A stretch of DNA of 64,000 nucleotides from Sphyrna mokarran (GCA_024679065.1 JAGIQG010000009.1:73222001-73286000); one strand, 5' to 3'; shown: positions 1-12,690, counted from the stretch's first letter. The notes: generated from the letters alone by a model not told the origin. Numbers and translations: made by a program.

Positions 1-800
1 CTGTCACCTGATTACATTTGCTGTGGTTCTCATCCTGTGAGATATGTCTCATGTGTAGTGCACGTAGTCTGGAGTCATTGGTGTCAGTGGTGCTAGGTTG
101 TGCACTTGAGTAACTTGATGCTGCATCCTGAAGTGGCCATTGCCTTCTGAGAGATATTCTTGCTCATCTGCCATCTTCCACTATTCCTCTGGCATCGTCA
201 AAGTGATATTAAGAAAAGATATTAATGACTGGGACATCGATGCTCCTCTTCCAGTTCACGGTTCTGAAATTGTCTCAATTGCCAAAGCCTGCGAAACAAT
301 AAATATGCTACATTGGTTAAATAAATGTGCCATCTTTCTTGCGCAAGACATGTTCCTTCCCTCAGTGGAACCTGTTTTGTCCTTTGCCACAGCCTGTCCT
401 ATTAAGGGTCCTGCAATTGCTAAGGCCTTCTCTTCCATCAATACAGCATTACAGACGATTTCACTACACACCTCTCTCTGGCAATGTGCATGCTCTTTTC
501 ATGTGCAGTTGATGAGAATACTATTCTGAATAATAGAGTCAACCTTGGCAGTCGAAATGGTATCGCACCAAAGAGCATCTCACATACTTTTGCTGTCAGG
601 CTGCCATACTCGTGTCTTCCATGGGCGGCTGTGCTGCCGGTGTTTCCTTCGTACACTGCCTGGGTGAGGCTGCATAAAGCAAAGCATTGCCAGGACTTAA
701 TTGGATGGTGAATGCCGAGGCAATAAAGTAATTGGCTCACTCCCAGAGGATTTATCCTGTGATCCCAACTTGCATTTAAATCTGATCACCATACAATTCT
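1..800 (-). mobile_element. Possible highly decayed Ty3/Gypsy gag fragment
   Basis: Minus-strand peptides DSIIQNSILIN, VLMEEKALAIA and ENHSKCNQV loosely resemble Gypsy gag motifs and a zinc knuckle; many stops and frameshifts. Confidence 0.3.
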
Positions 801-1347
801 GCCAAAATGTCCTCAGTGCAGAGAGAAACTCGACTAGCCTGTTGTAACAAAGAAAAATGAGATTGGTAGGTTTATCTGTGGCCCAGCAATGTGCTTCAGA
901 GATGTAATTCATTTGATGGATTTAGGTGCACGGTTAATGCTCTACTTATTACAATGAAAATTTTTGCCATGATTAGATATTTCTTGCTATTATAGGAGTA
1001 TTATTCATGATAATCGAACCAGACTTTATTATTTCATGATTTGGCCTGACTTGAAGCTGAATGAAGTATGTGAGCACCCATTAATTCTGAGCTCATCTGG
1101 TCTGTAATTTGAAAGTTCAATATCTTTCACTTCTTTTTGATTGAACTTTAATTGAAGTTCAGGGATGCTTCCAGCTTCCCTTTTGTTCAAATCAATAAAT
1201 AAGTTACCACCAGTGCAGGGACAGATTATACATTATTGTATTAGCTGAAGTGTTGTTATATTATTAAATTTGAAATTGCTTTCAGCATGCTCTGAGATTT
1301 TCACTTTCTTCAATGAAATTCCAAATCAATATGTTTGTTTTTCACAG

Positions 1348-1535
1348 AAATATCTGGCTCTGCAGAAGAGATTCCCCTTGTTCGCTGGAGGCAGCAATGG
1401 CTAGAAAATGGAACTCTGCTTTTCCACGTCCACCATCAGAATATAGCTCATCGTTTACCAGGCCTTATCCCGACTATCTACTCTCAGACTGATTCTGCAG
1501 AGGATGAACTCCGAATCCTTCACATTTCTGTCATG
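1348..1535 (+). CDS. ASTN1: Astrotactin-1 internal coding exon (equivalent to mammalian exon 2; precedes the first transmembrane segment)
   Basis: Translates (E)[62 protein letters not shown]. This matches recalled ASTN1 ([23 protein letters not shown]...[14 protein letters not shown]) better than ASTN2 ([20 protein letters not shown]). Acceptor tttgtttttcacag ends at 1347, donor ATG|gtcagt starts at 1536; the preceding intron is phase 1 and the following one phase 0. Confidence 0.93.
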
Positions 1536-2482
1536 GTCAGTCACTCCACTTTATCATTTTCTTCCCTTTTGATTATTAACTTCAAATTATTTTTATCTTC
1601 CATTGTTAAAATTTTCTTTGATCTTGAACACCTACCTATATGTTGATGTGGTTCTGAGCTGAGTCGAATGAGTTGTCTTGTTAGTTCTATCTTCATTGGC
1701 AGGTAGAAGTTGGTGAGTTGCTTTTCCATAACAATTTTGATATTGCAAGGATGATGTTTGGAGGAATTGTGCTTGGGAAGATTATCAACTGTCAAATAAT
1801 GAATAGATTCAAAGCATTTGGAGAGTGAAAGCTCTCACAGTCCTCACAGTTGAAGCAAATTTCAGTGATGTGTAACGCTGAGAGGATAAGCATAAACATC
1901 TTCTGATACTGTATTATTGATTTGGAAAGTTCCTATTGATTGACAACAGTATTGTTAACAATGTGTTCTTGTATTTTTGTTCATGGAAAACCCTGTGTCT
2001 GAGCCTCTTATTGTTGCACTCATACATATAGATAGTTTTAAAATAACTGATGTGGAACATTCTCTAATGATTATGGGTAGCAAAGTACCTCCATCCAAAG
2101 GATGCAAGTTCATATCTTTCTTAAAATGGGTAACAAGAGTATACTAATCTATGGCACAATGTGCACAGCTTCATCGAAATGCACAACATTTTTTTTTGTT
2201 TATTGGAATGTATTCCCTATCTTGTTTGATAGACAGCAGAGTACTTGCATGTTACAAATATTTGCATAATTACTGGGTCAAAATCATAATCATCTTGTGA
2301 TAATTGCAGTTGAAAAATGAATGGAATGATACAATTAGGACCGGATGATTCTGAGAGGTTTGGGTTGACACTAGGTAATTTTCCACTCTTCCAGCAATCT
2401 CACCAGGCCAGTGACAATGTAGCCATCCATTTCTCACTCAACTGACTTTAGCAGATGCTCTGAGGTCACATTAGCATTTGAC

Positions 2483-2722
2483 GTGGCATGGTGTCAGTAG
2501 TTAGCACAGCTGCCTTACAGCACTAGGGACCTGGCTTCGATTCCCAGCTTGGGTTACTGTCTGTTCAGAGTTTACACGTGCTCTCCATGTTTGCATGTGT
2601 TTGGCCATGCTAAATTCTCCCTCAGTGTAGCCAAATAGGCACAGGAATTGATTTTCACAGTAATTTAATTGGAGTGTTAATGTAACCTACTTGGGACATT
2701 TAATAAATGAACTTAAACTTAA
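2483..2722 (+). mobile_element. tRNA-derived SINE (V-SINE/HE1-like), internally deleted
   Basis: Head tggcatggtgtcagtagttagcacagctgcc...ggcttcgattccc; tail gtaacctacttgggacatttaataaatgaactt shared with other copies. Confidence 0.85.
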
Positions 2723-3235
2723 ATGCTGGTTCTGATCCTGCTAGGTTGGGTGAGAAAGGAAATTTTTTGGTGCAGTTAATGCCATTTTAATTATTTAAAA
2801 TCTCCTCCACTGTCTTAATACTGAACAACAAAACACAGTTGAATTTTTGATGGGAAAGAATGAACAACAGAAAATTTGTCAGCTGACGCGCTTCCATTAT
2901 TAACATTTTTTTTGAATGTGCCAAAAAGCAGTTGGTAAATCTTTGGAAGAACAAGGATTTGGAGTTGAGGTCTGTCTATTTTTGAATCTCAGTCAAGTAA
3001 CAGATGCCTTCTCAAGTTTCTATCTTTACTTTTCTGTGATTTATGAAACTATTTTTGTTTGCATATTCCAATCTATTATTGCATTTTAAATAAATACTTC
3101 CACAATCACACTTTTATCTGTTTATTTGCTGCAAATCTTCCACTGCAATGCAATTTGAACATCTCATTGTTGTAAATGCAAATAAAATATTCTGGGCTGA
3201 AGGTGAGGGTTTCAATTATCTTCCGGTACCTTAGT

Positions 3236-3580
3236 GGGTGGCACACTGATTAGTACTGCTGCCTCACAGCGCCAGGAACCTGGGTTCAATTCTGACCTTA
3301 AGGGACTGTTCATGGAGTTTGCATGTTCTTGCTATGCCTGTGTGGGTTTCCTCCGGATGCTCCGGTTTCCTCCTACAGTCCAGAGATATGCAGGTTATGT
3401 TATAAGTCATGCTAAATTACATTTACTTGTCTAAAGATATGTATTTTGGGTGGATTAACCATGAGAAATGCTTGAGGTTATGGGGATTGTTGGGGAGGTG
3501 GGCCGGGGTGGGATGTTCTTTTGGAAAGTCAGTGCAGATTTGATGCACGATATGGCCTCCTTCTGTACTAATGGGATTCA
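3236..3580 (+). mobile_element. tRNA-derived V-SINE with CR1-type tail
   Basis: A/B-box head, V-domain gtgggtttcctccggatgctccggtttcctcc, tail atggcctccttctgtactaatgggattc. Confidence 0.85.
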
Positions 3581-4520
3581 AAGATACACTAAGGCAGATT
3601 TTCATCTGTTTCCATAGGTTGTTATTCCTGAAATAGGTTGCTCATAGTTGGCAGGGTTATAGTTTGCAGTACACCACTCCACATCAAATGCAGCTGCCCA
3701 GGAGAATCTCCCACATTTAGTGCCAGCTATTGGTGTGATTGAAAGGATATGCAGTTTAACACACTCAACCTATTTGACTGCATGATGAACGTACCTTTCT
3801 TGACTATCAAGTCCTGCAGTGAGACTTGAACACAGACCTTCTGGATTACCGCTACCTGCTGGGTCGCAAGCCTCCCAAAATGAGGATTAATTTCTATATT
3901 TTTCCTGAAAATCAGACCACTAATAGATATGTGTTGGAAAGTAAGTTCCGGTTATGGTGAAGTCAGTTTCAAAATTTTGCTGGCAACTCTGGGACCCAGT
4001 GAACTATTGACTCCTGAACTACCCTGATCAAGTGAGCATTTATCAAATGAGAACAATTTTCCTTCCAGCTGAGTTAAACATTTACTGAGAATGAAGAGTT
4101 TAATTGCTTATTTTCAAAGATAAGTCTTGAAGTATTTGGATAAGGGGATATGCTGTCCGTAAAAGCTTGTGTTAACTTGTTTAAATTGATGCTTAATTTT
4201 AATGAGATAGCCCTCATAGATCTTGGCTTTCAGTTTGAAAGAAATCAAAAGGTATTTGTCATAAATTATTCCAGTGTCGATTGAAAGGAGCAAGACAAAT
4301 TTACCCAGTGGTTTTCCATTGTTAGAACTGGAAATGATGGGGATGATTTCACTTTCACCACCTCAGCAGTTATGTTGGTTGCATAAACTGCACTCAATAA
4401 GCACATCCATTGAGTCTGGTAGGACAAAATTGACCAAGTTGTGTAATGGTGGGCAATCTATGCTACCATATACTGTCCAGATGAAAGTAAATAATGTCCT
4501 TAGTGCAACCGTGAGTGTAG

Positions 4521-5222
4521 TGTTATGATTCAGGTCAGAAACTCTAAAATGTTTCATGAAGCACATCTGAATCATGAGATGTTTCATTTCAGGTATGATT
4601 GAAATGATCAACTAGGGAACTTTTATCAAACAAAGTTTATTTAAGAATATAGTTAATGTGTACAGTAAGAAAATTAGCAAGAACTTTTATCAATTACAAA
4701 TGAGAAACAAACAATCATGACAATGTAGAACCCTTAACAATGATCTCTGCAATGTTCCAAATCAAACCAATCCCATAGACAAAAGATCCCTTTCATAAGT
4801 TTAACATCACACAGACTAATGCTCATGTGATAATCGGATGGAGGCTATTAGTTAAGTTCTGCAGTCAAATGCTCTTGAGACTCGGAACGGTTTGAAGACA
4901 AGACGGCTTCTCAAAATACCAGAAAGACTCTGGTTGAGCCCCCTGACAACAGCAGTTTTTTACCCTTCAGGAAAATAAGGTCTTGTTTTCAGCTAACCAG
5001 GTGAATTTTCAAAGAAACAGTGAGTGAGGGAAAACACTTCCTTTTAGCTTGCTGTCCCTTCTGAAACTAAAAAACTCAAACCGCAGCTCCAAACGGAAAC
5101 TGAAAATGAATCCCTGTCAGCTAACCTGCCCACAGTTTTTTTTTTCCTCTCAATAATAACATCACCTGAGGCTGTGATCATGAATTTTAAGAAAAAAAAC
5201 TTAAAGGTACACTAACATCACA
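4521..5222. mobile_element. Solo-LTR-like element (TG...CA), homologous to 46464-47107
   Basis: Starts tgttatgattcagg and ends taacatcaca. Shares blocks such as aaacaaagtttattnaagaatatagttaa with the copy at 46464. Flanks gtag/atag are a near-TSD. Confidence 0.6.
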
Positions 5223-5274
5223 ATAGCAATTAATAGAGGTATGTGTATGTAATTGACATCATTAGTAAATGTGT

Positions 5275-7345
5275 AGAAGATTGTGTGCCAAAGAAACAAA
5301 TCTTTTTGTTCTCCAACTGGAAACCATGGATGAACAGTGATATTCACTGCTTAAAGTCCAGGTCTGAGATGTTCGAGTCAGGTGATACTAACCTACACAA
5401 GAAATGATGTGGAGAAGCCAGCATTGGACTGAGGCAAGCAAGCAAGAAGTCTCACAAACCCAGTTAAAATCCAGCAGGTTTATTTGGTTACAAAAGCCAC
5501 TTGCTTTCAGAGCGCTGCTTCAAAAAAAGGAGCAGCACTGTGAAAGCTAGTGGCTTTTGCAACCAAATAAACCTGTCGGACTTTAACCTGGTGTTGTGAG
5601 ACTTCTTACTGTACAAGAAAGCCGGATACGATCTAAGGAGATCTTTCAAAGATGCCAAAAGACAACACCGAACCAAGCTAGAATACCAGGCTTGCCACAT
5701 GTACCCTCGCCAACTATGGCAAGATTTGCAAGACATAAAGGCATGTAAAATCATTGGCTCCAATGCACCCCTCTCTGATGAACTCAATGCATTCTACGCA
5801 TGTTTTGAGCAAGAGGTAAGCAAGAGTAAGTCCTCCATCTTGGCAGACTTAGATGTATCTATTACCAGGTTCACCATTGCAGATCAGAGTTTTCTTGAAG
5901 GTCAACCCATGGAAAATGACTAGCCTGGATGGGGTACCTGGATGAGCACTCTGATCCTGTGTGGATCAGCTGGTGTAGGTATTCACAGACATCTTCAACC
6001 CCTCTTTACAACAATCTGAGATTCCTATCTGCTGCAAGAAGATAACCATCATCCTGGTACCTAAGAAAAACCAAGCAGTGTGCCTTAATGACTATCAGCT
6101 GGAGGATCTGACATCCATCATTATGAGTGCTTCGAAAGGTTAGTCATGGCATGAATCAATTCCAGCCTCCCGGATTGCCTGGATCCACTACAGTTTGCCT
6201 ACAGCTACAACAGCAGACACCATTTCTCTGTCCTGCACTCAACCCTGGAACACTTAGATAACAAGGACACTTATGTCAGATTTCTATTTATTGATTACAA
6301 CTGAGCCTTCAACACTAACATTCCCACAAAAACTTGTCTCCAAAATCTATGGCCTGGGTTTCAGAAGCTCCCTCTGCAACTGGGTCCTGAACTTCCTAAC
6401 TCACAGACCTCAATCAATAAGGAAAGGCAACAACACCTTCTCAATGATCATCCTCAACACCGGTGCCCCACAAGGCTGTGTTCTCAGCTCCTTACTATAC
6501 TTCTTATACACCTATGTCTCTGTGGCCAAAATTCTCTTCCAATTCGATTTTCAAGTTTGCTGACGACGCCACCATAGTGGGTCAGATCTCAAACAATAAC
6601 GAGACAGAGTACAGGAATGAGATAGAAAATCTGGTGAACTGGTGCAGCAACAATAATCCCTTCCTCAATGTCAACAAAATGAAGGAGATTGTCATCGATT
6701 TCAGGAAGGGAGGACGTGCTTCTGTCTACATCAATGTGAAAGAAGTAAAAAGGATCAAGTTTTTGGATGTCCAGATCACCAACAACCTGTCCTGGTCTCC
6801 CCATGCTGACACTATAGTTAAGAAAACCCATCAGTGCTTTACTTTCTCAGAAAACTAAGGAAATTTGGCATGTCAGCTATGACTCTCTCCAACTTTTACA
6901 GATGCACCACAGAAGTATTATTTCTGATTGTATCTCAGCTTGGTATGGCTTTGCACATGACCACAAGAAACTACAAGAGATTGTGAATGTCGCACAATCC
7001 ATCACACAAACCAGCCTTCCATTCATTGACTCTGTCTATACTTGCTGCTGCCGCGGCAAAGCAGACAGCATAATTGAGGACTCCATGCAACCCAGTCATT
7101 CTCTCTTCCACCTTCTTTCTTTGGAAAAAAGATATAAAAGTCTGAGGTCACGCACCAACTGACTTTTGAATGGACTTAACTTGCATTAAGTTGATCTTTC
7201 TCTCCTTCCTAGCTATGACTGTAACTCAACATTCTGCACTCTCTTTCCTTCTTTATGAATGGTATGGTTTGTCTACATAGTATACAAGAAACAATACTTC
7301 TCCCTGTATGTTAATACATATGACAATAATAAATCAAATCAAAAT
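5275..7345 (+). mobile_element. Rex1/Babar-type LINE, 5'-truncated decayed RT ORF plus 3' UTR
   Basis: Motifs KPWMN, LNAFYACFE, CLNDY, LDPLQFAY, LNTGAPQGCVLS, FKFADD across frameshifted ORFs 5699-7162; tail aataataaatcaaatcaaa. Confidence 0.9.
5405..5612. mobile_element. Fold-back (inverted) Penelope pseudo-LTR fragment inserted in the Rex1 LINE
   Basis: Two inverted arms (aagaagtctcacaa...tttatttggtt / aaccaaataaa...ttgtgagacttctt); TSD ACAAGAAA at 5397-5404 and 5613-5620. Confidence 0.85.
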
Positions 7346-8244
7346 GTATAAAGTGTTAGCTGAAAGTGGAAGATAAATGTGACCCAGGAAATAAAAGGAC
7401 TATAATAAATTGATGCAATGTGCCCGAAAGGTCAGAACTAGTGTTACAGAGGAAAACTACTACTAAACAACAGTATCAGAAGTTTTTGCATTAACATTGT
7501 CCAAGAGTTAAACATGAAGAGTTAGGCGGCTGCCTATAAATGGAAAAGAGTCAACTCTGTCAAGTCCGTTATCCTTTAAACTGACTGCTGTTAATAGACT
7601 AAATTGAAAGACATCGTGCTATATTTCAGGCTAGACGTTTGCTTTACAAAGTTAATGGAAGTATAAAAAGTCTGCAAATTAATGGCATTATATGTTTTGG
7701 CTGGCAAGTTTATGCCAGTTATGAATACTTTTGAGATGAAAGTCGGTCTGCAAGCATACCTTAAGCATTATCTGTGTCTTGACACAGCATTCACTAGTCT
7801 TCTAATATACTACCACAGTAAATAATAAAATGTTATCAATGTATCTTTCCTGGGTCTGATAATAGTGGGCAAGGTTTTCTCATCATGTCTACCCCAGAAC
7901 CATAAATTCTTGCCCGAGGTCAACTTGCCTTTAGCTTGTCTGTCAAATTCTCAGCCCTGCCTATGATGAATACTATGGCGCACAAGACTCGAAGATTTCC
8001 GTCAATATTGAGTGATCTGTGTTTTAGGCAAATAGCCATTTCTTTATGTGTAACCCTTAACATTGGCAATTTGTTTTGTCATGGTTACCGTCAGCGCCAG
8101 GATGCAGCCTTTCACTTCAAGTAGTTCAAGCTGAGGCCACCTGTGACTGTGTGGCCAAATTCCCCTCCAATTCGATTTTCAAGTTTATTAATGACACCAC
8201 CATAGCGGGTCGGATCTCATGGCACGAAACAAGAGTGGAGGGAA

Positions 8245-9165
8245 TAATGGTTATGTGACTGGATTAGTAATCCTGAGACTTAAATTAATGATCTGGTAAC
8301 ATCTTTTTATTTCCTGTCACAGCAGCTGAGGAATTGAAATTCAATGAATTAAATACAATTAGAATGACTATTTTTAATATCAGTAATTGTGACCTTATAA
8401 CTTTCATGGTAAAATGATGTTTGGTTCACTAATGTCCTTCAGGGGAGGAAATCTGCCTCCCTTACTTAGTCTGGCCTGCATGTGATTCAGACCCTCAAAA
8501 ATGTTATTGAGTCTTAATTGCCCTCTGAAATAACCCAAGCAAGCCACTCAATTGCCAAGAAGAGAAAAAGATTTAGATTCTTACAGCACTTTTCATAACC
8601 AACAAACATTTCAAAGTGCCTTACAGTCAATGAGTGAGTTAAGTATACATGCTGTTGTAATGTCAGAAACATGGCAACTAATTTGCATAAAGCAATTGTT
8701 TGTATTAACACCAACATGATAATGGCTAAAATGTGATGTTGTTTGAGGATAAATATTGGTCAAGACACCAAAGATAACCCTTTACTTCGCTTTTTACAAA
8801 AAACAGGACCTTTTTGCATCATGGATAGGTGTGAAACTGGAATTCAAACACAAATCTGCCATATTGAATATCAGAGCACGCTTAAGGGGCTAAACGGCCT
8901 ACTTGTATTTTTTTATGTTTGTCTCCATCTGAGCAGACAGAAAAACCCCAGTTCAATGTCTCATCCAAAAGGCAACACCTCCCGATAGTGCACCATTTCT
9001 TTGGTACTCCAGTGGAGTGCCAACCTTGCTTCTCATACTTATACCCTTCTGTGGGCAATTTGACCTGAAGCACAGCTACCACTCAAGAAGGTAGCTGACC
9101 ATTAGCTTCTCGAAGACAATTAGGAATGTACAAAAATGTTGGCTTTGTCAATGAAACACACATTA
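8245..9165 (+). mobile_element. tRNA-headed SINE (second family) interrupted by a minus-strand Deu-type SINE at ~8560-9095
   Basis: ggttatgtgactggattagtaatcc...ggttcactaatgtccttcaggggaggaaatctgcc, homologous to 32378 and 52270; tail resumes at aagaaggtagctgacc. The inner element matches 10480-10892. Confidence 0.7.
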
Positions 9166-9224
9166 AAACCAAAGTAAATGGCCCGTGTTTTCTACATTTT
9201 CTTCCCAGATTGTAATCAATATAG

Positions 9225-9540
9225 AATATCTACATCGCAGAGGAAGGAGGCCATTCAGTCCATCGAGCCTGCACTGCCAACAATTCCACCTAGATCCTAT
9301 TTTGTAACATTGTACATTTACCCTGCTACTCCCCTGGACACTAAGGGACAATTTAGCATGGTCAATCAGCCTAACCCATACATCTTTGGAAAATGGGATG
9401 GAATTGGAGTACCCAGAGGAAAGCCACAGGGACACATGGCAAACGGGCAAACTCCACACAGATGGTGACTCAAGGCTGGAATTGAACCTGAGTCTCTGGC
9501 ACTGTGAGGCCGCAATGCAAACCATTTTGCCATTGTGCAG
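9225..9540 (-). mobile_element. tRNA-derived V-SINE with CR1-type tail
   Basis: Reverse complement of the SINE head (gaattgaacctgagtctctggcactgtgaggc) and tail (ggaggccattcagtccatcgagcctgcac). Confidence 0.85.
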
Positions 9541-10479
9541 TCCAATGTATAGAGCTCATAGTACTTTCCAGATTGAAACCAGCCAACTGTGTATAGAGCA
9601 GCGATTTCAACCTATTCTGGATAGTGTAGCCCCACACAGAACAGTGGATTTGTTTGTTAATCTGTTTCGGAAACCACCAAGGTACCCTTAATTGAACTCA
9701 GCTGTTTTCAGTTGGTGGCTAGGTTAGTTTGCCAATCAGCTCCTGGCGAACGAGGTTCCTTTCGAAATAATTTGATATGTTGCGTGGGGTTGTAACTTAT
9801 GAGAAAAATAAACCATGAGACATGTCAGAATAATACCTCTGGCTGATGATTATGCTTCTTATTTGGAAATCTGCAGTGCTGGAATTCCCCAAAGGAAAAT
9901 ATTTCATATTAAAGCATTTAAATGAATAAAACATTTAAAACTGCTGCTTAAACCTCTTCTCCTGATTTCGGCTAGGAACTGGAGGATTGATGTATAATTA
10001 CACAATAATCCTGCAGTATTCACTCAAAACAAAGGAAGGATAGCCATTGAGAAGCTGATAAAGATATTTTGTAATGCCGTGCAAACACTGACCAAAAAAC
10101 AGCTGAAAAGCTATGTTAAAGAAAACTGTATTAAATACCTCGTTCTGAACTTAAAAATAACATTGCCTTAGCTGATGGAAAATGATATTTATTGCTTAAA
10201 TATTTCAATCCCACCCACCTCCAAAATTGTTGCGGGTGAGAAAGTTAATATGATGGATCAGTGAAAGGCCTCCTAACCTCGGGAATGATTTTCCAGTCCT
10301 GGGGCAGGCAAGAGGGACTGGAAAATCCTGCGCAAAGAAAATCAATTGTAACTTTTCAAACACGTTCATGCCATGAGCACAGTCACAAACTATTTCACAC
10401 TGAGTGAGACTTTCTCACTGCCTTCTATACCAACAGTGTTGTGAAATCAGGGCATAATTTGAAGGCTGAAAAGGAAGAA

Positions 10480-10892
10480 AGAAGGGCTTGCATTTATACA
10501 ACAATGACACACTTGTTGGAATATAGCCTCTGTTGTAATAGAGGAGACTTGGCAGCAAATTTGCCACCACCAAAGTCCCGTAATGAGATGGTGAGCTGAT
10601 CTCTGAATTTGGTGATGTTGCGGGGGAAGGTGGTGTTGTGGAGGATGAGGTGGTGGTGGAATATTGGTCAGGACACCATAGATAACTTCTGTTCTTTGAT
10701 ATAGTATACTGAAAACTTTTCTTTGCATCTAAGCAGGCTGGGCCTCAGTTTATCATCTCATCCAAAGCTGGAACCTCTTACAGCATGATGTTCCCTTGGA
10801 GTTGGCCTTAATCTTTGTGATCAGACCCTCGCATGAGACTTGAAGTCAGAGATTCAGAAGCAGATATGATGCCAACTAAGCCACGGCTGACG
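10480..10892 (-). mobile_element. Deu-domain-type SINE (SacSINE1-like) with L2-type tail
   Basis: cttgcatttata L2-type tail, atattggtcaggacacc core, gacttgaa...aagccacggctgac tRNA-like head; related copies at 8560 and 44095. Confidence 0.65.
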
Positions 10893-11616
10893 CTAGTTGG
10901 CAAGCTAAATTGATTTTCCTGGAGTTGCTTCTAAACTATTGGGTAAAGGAAATTAATTTCTTTTGTGAAATGTATTAATAATATTGAATTATTTTTGCTT
11001 TCAGCTAATGAGGGGAATGCTACACTGATAAGTGAAGTTAGCTTTATTGATGTAGTTTTTTTTGATGTTTTGCTTGTTTTATATTATTTTTAAATGAACT
11101 TAGAATCTTCACCACTGGAAAATTACCTTCTATCTATTCAATTTATTTATTTAAGAAGAATATTTTGAAGACAGTGTGATAAGTTTTCTGGTCTTGCCTG
11201 CTGTGGGAATTGTCATGGCTAGGATGGAAAAATTGCTGGGCCATTTAAAAGTTCATTGACCTTGGATAAATATATCCAATTTTGGAATATTAATTGCTGG
11301 GTCCCGACAGATAGCATCATATATAAGGATTATTTCTTATTACCAAGAATTTTCAATGACTATATCTTTTGTTTCTTTAATGTAAGTGTTGTTTAGCTGA
11401 TACATTTGTTTTAAATGTACTTAAGTATTCTTCTTCTTTAGTCTTGTGAAATCATGCCTCTGTTGTCAATTGACACAAACTTCTGCTCAAATTTCATTTG
11501 TTTCCCAATTTAGGTAGGATTCACTTTAGTTGAATGATGTTGTCTGGAATTCATCGATCTCGCTTGTCCTGTCACCACTGCCAGTGCAAATGGGGAATTG
11601 TGTTCAGCCAAATAAA

Positions 11617-11900
11617 GCCAGCACAGTAACACAGTGGTTAGCACTGCTGCTTCACAGTGCCAGGGACCCAGATTCGAATCCTGGCATAGGTCATTGTCTG
11701 TGTGGAGCTTGCACGTCCTTCCCATGTCTGCATGGATTTCCTTCTGATCCTCCGGCTTCCTCCTACATTCTGAAAAATATGCTCGTTAGGTGCATTGACC
11801 CAAACAGGTGCTGGTCAGATGATGGCGACTTGGAGAATTTCACAGTAACTTCAATGCGATGTTAATATAAGCCTTACTTGTGACTAATAAATAAACTTAA
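11617..11900 (+). mobile_element. tRNA-derived V-SINE
   Basis: cacagtggttagcactgctgcttcacagtgccagggacccagattcgaatcc head; tail ccttacttgtgactaataaataaactt. Confidence 0.88.
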
Positions 11901-12158
11901 GTCTCTCTTCACCACAATGGGACTGGAGGATTCCAGTTATGGATGAGGTGGGAGAATCCTGGCCATCATCTGGCGTTCCAATCCAATGTCAAAAAACTGT
12001 CACAGCCTCAGCTATGATGTGGAGATGCTGGCGTTGGACTGGGATAAACATAGTAAGAAATCTCACAACACCAGGTTAAAGTCCAATGGGTTTATTTGGT
12101 AGACTCAGTAAAGTTTTGCAACACCAATTTAAAATCCAACCAATTTATTTGATAGTAA

Positions 12159-12202
12159 ATCCACGAGCTTTCGACACTATGTTGTGCCTTCGTCAGGCAA
12201 AT
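12159..12202 (-). ncRNA. Minimal type I hammerhead ribozyme, intact core (Penelope-associated)
   Basis: Minus strand reads AUUUGC-CUGACGA-A-GGCAC-aacaua-GUGUC-GAAA-GCUC-GUGGAU: conserved CUGANGA and GAAA, 5-bp stem II, 6-bp stem I with wobbles, palindromic AGCU in place of stem III. Confidence 0.75.
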
Positions 12203-12650
12203 GCTTTATTTGGTAGCACAAGCCACTATCCTTTAGAGTGCTGCTCCTTCATGAGGTGAGTGGGAGTTCTGTTCATAAACGGGGCATATAAAGACACAAA
12301 CTCAATTTACAAAATAATGGTTGGAATGCAAATCTTTGCAGATAATCAAGTCTTAAAGGTATAGACTATGTGAATGGCAATTGTTAGGACACGCACATAT
12401 GGGGACAGCCTCAGCTGGGATCTTGGATTCATGTCACACGATCTGGAACTCTTGTTTGCTTAGGCTTGCAAATCTCACTAACTGTCCTGATTGGAAACAA
12501 TACATATCTCTTTAACCTGTGTTTAAACCTCTCTCCACTCACATTGTCTGTACCTTTCAGACTTGATTACCTGTAAAGACTCGCATTCCAACAATTATTT
12601 TGTCAATTGAGTTTGTGTTTTTATATGCCCTGTTTGTGAACAGAATTCCC

Positions 12651-12690
12651 GCATACCCGATGAAGGAGCAGTGCTCCAAAAGCTTGTGGC
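12651..12690 (+). ncRNA. Degenerate hammerhead ribozyme in pseudo-LTR (partner copy at 12222-12261, minus strand)
   Basis: CCGAUGA-A-GGAGC-agu-GCUCC-AAAA-GCUU-GUGGC: stem II intact, two core substitutions. Confidence 0.55.

Noticed and set aside
1335-1646. The 103-aa ORF as a complete gene
   Set aside because: Only 1348-1535 is ASTN1-like and is bounded by AG/GT; the rest is intron read-through.
12404-12415. Third copy of ACAGCCTCAGCT inside the Penelope remnant
   Set aside because: It coincides with the element's own endonuclease C-terminal sequence (compare gacggtctcaacaggg at 44740), so it is probably coincidence or microhomology.
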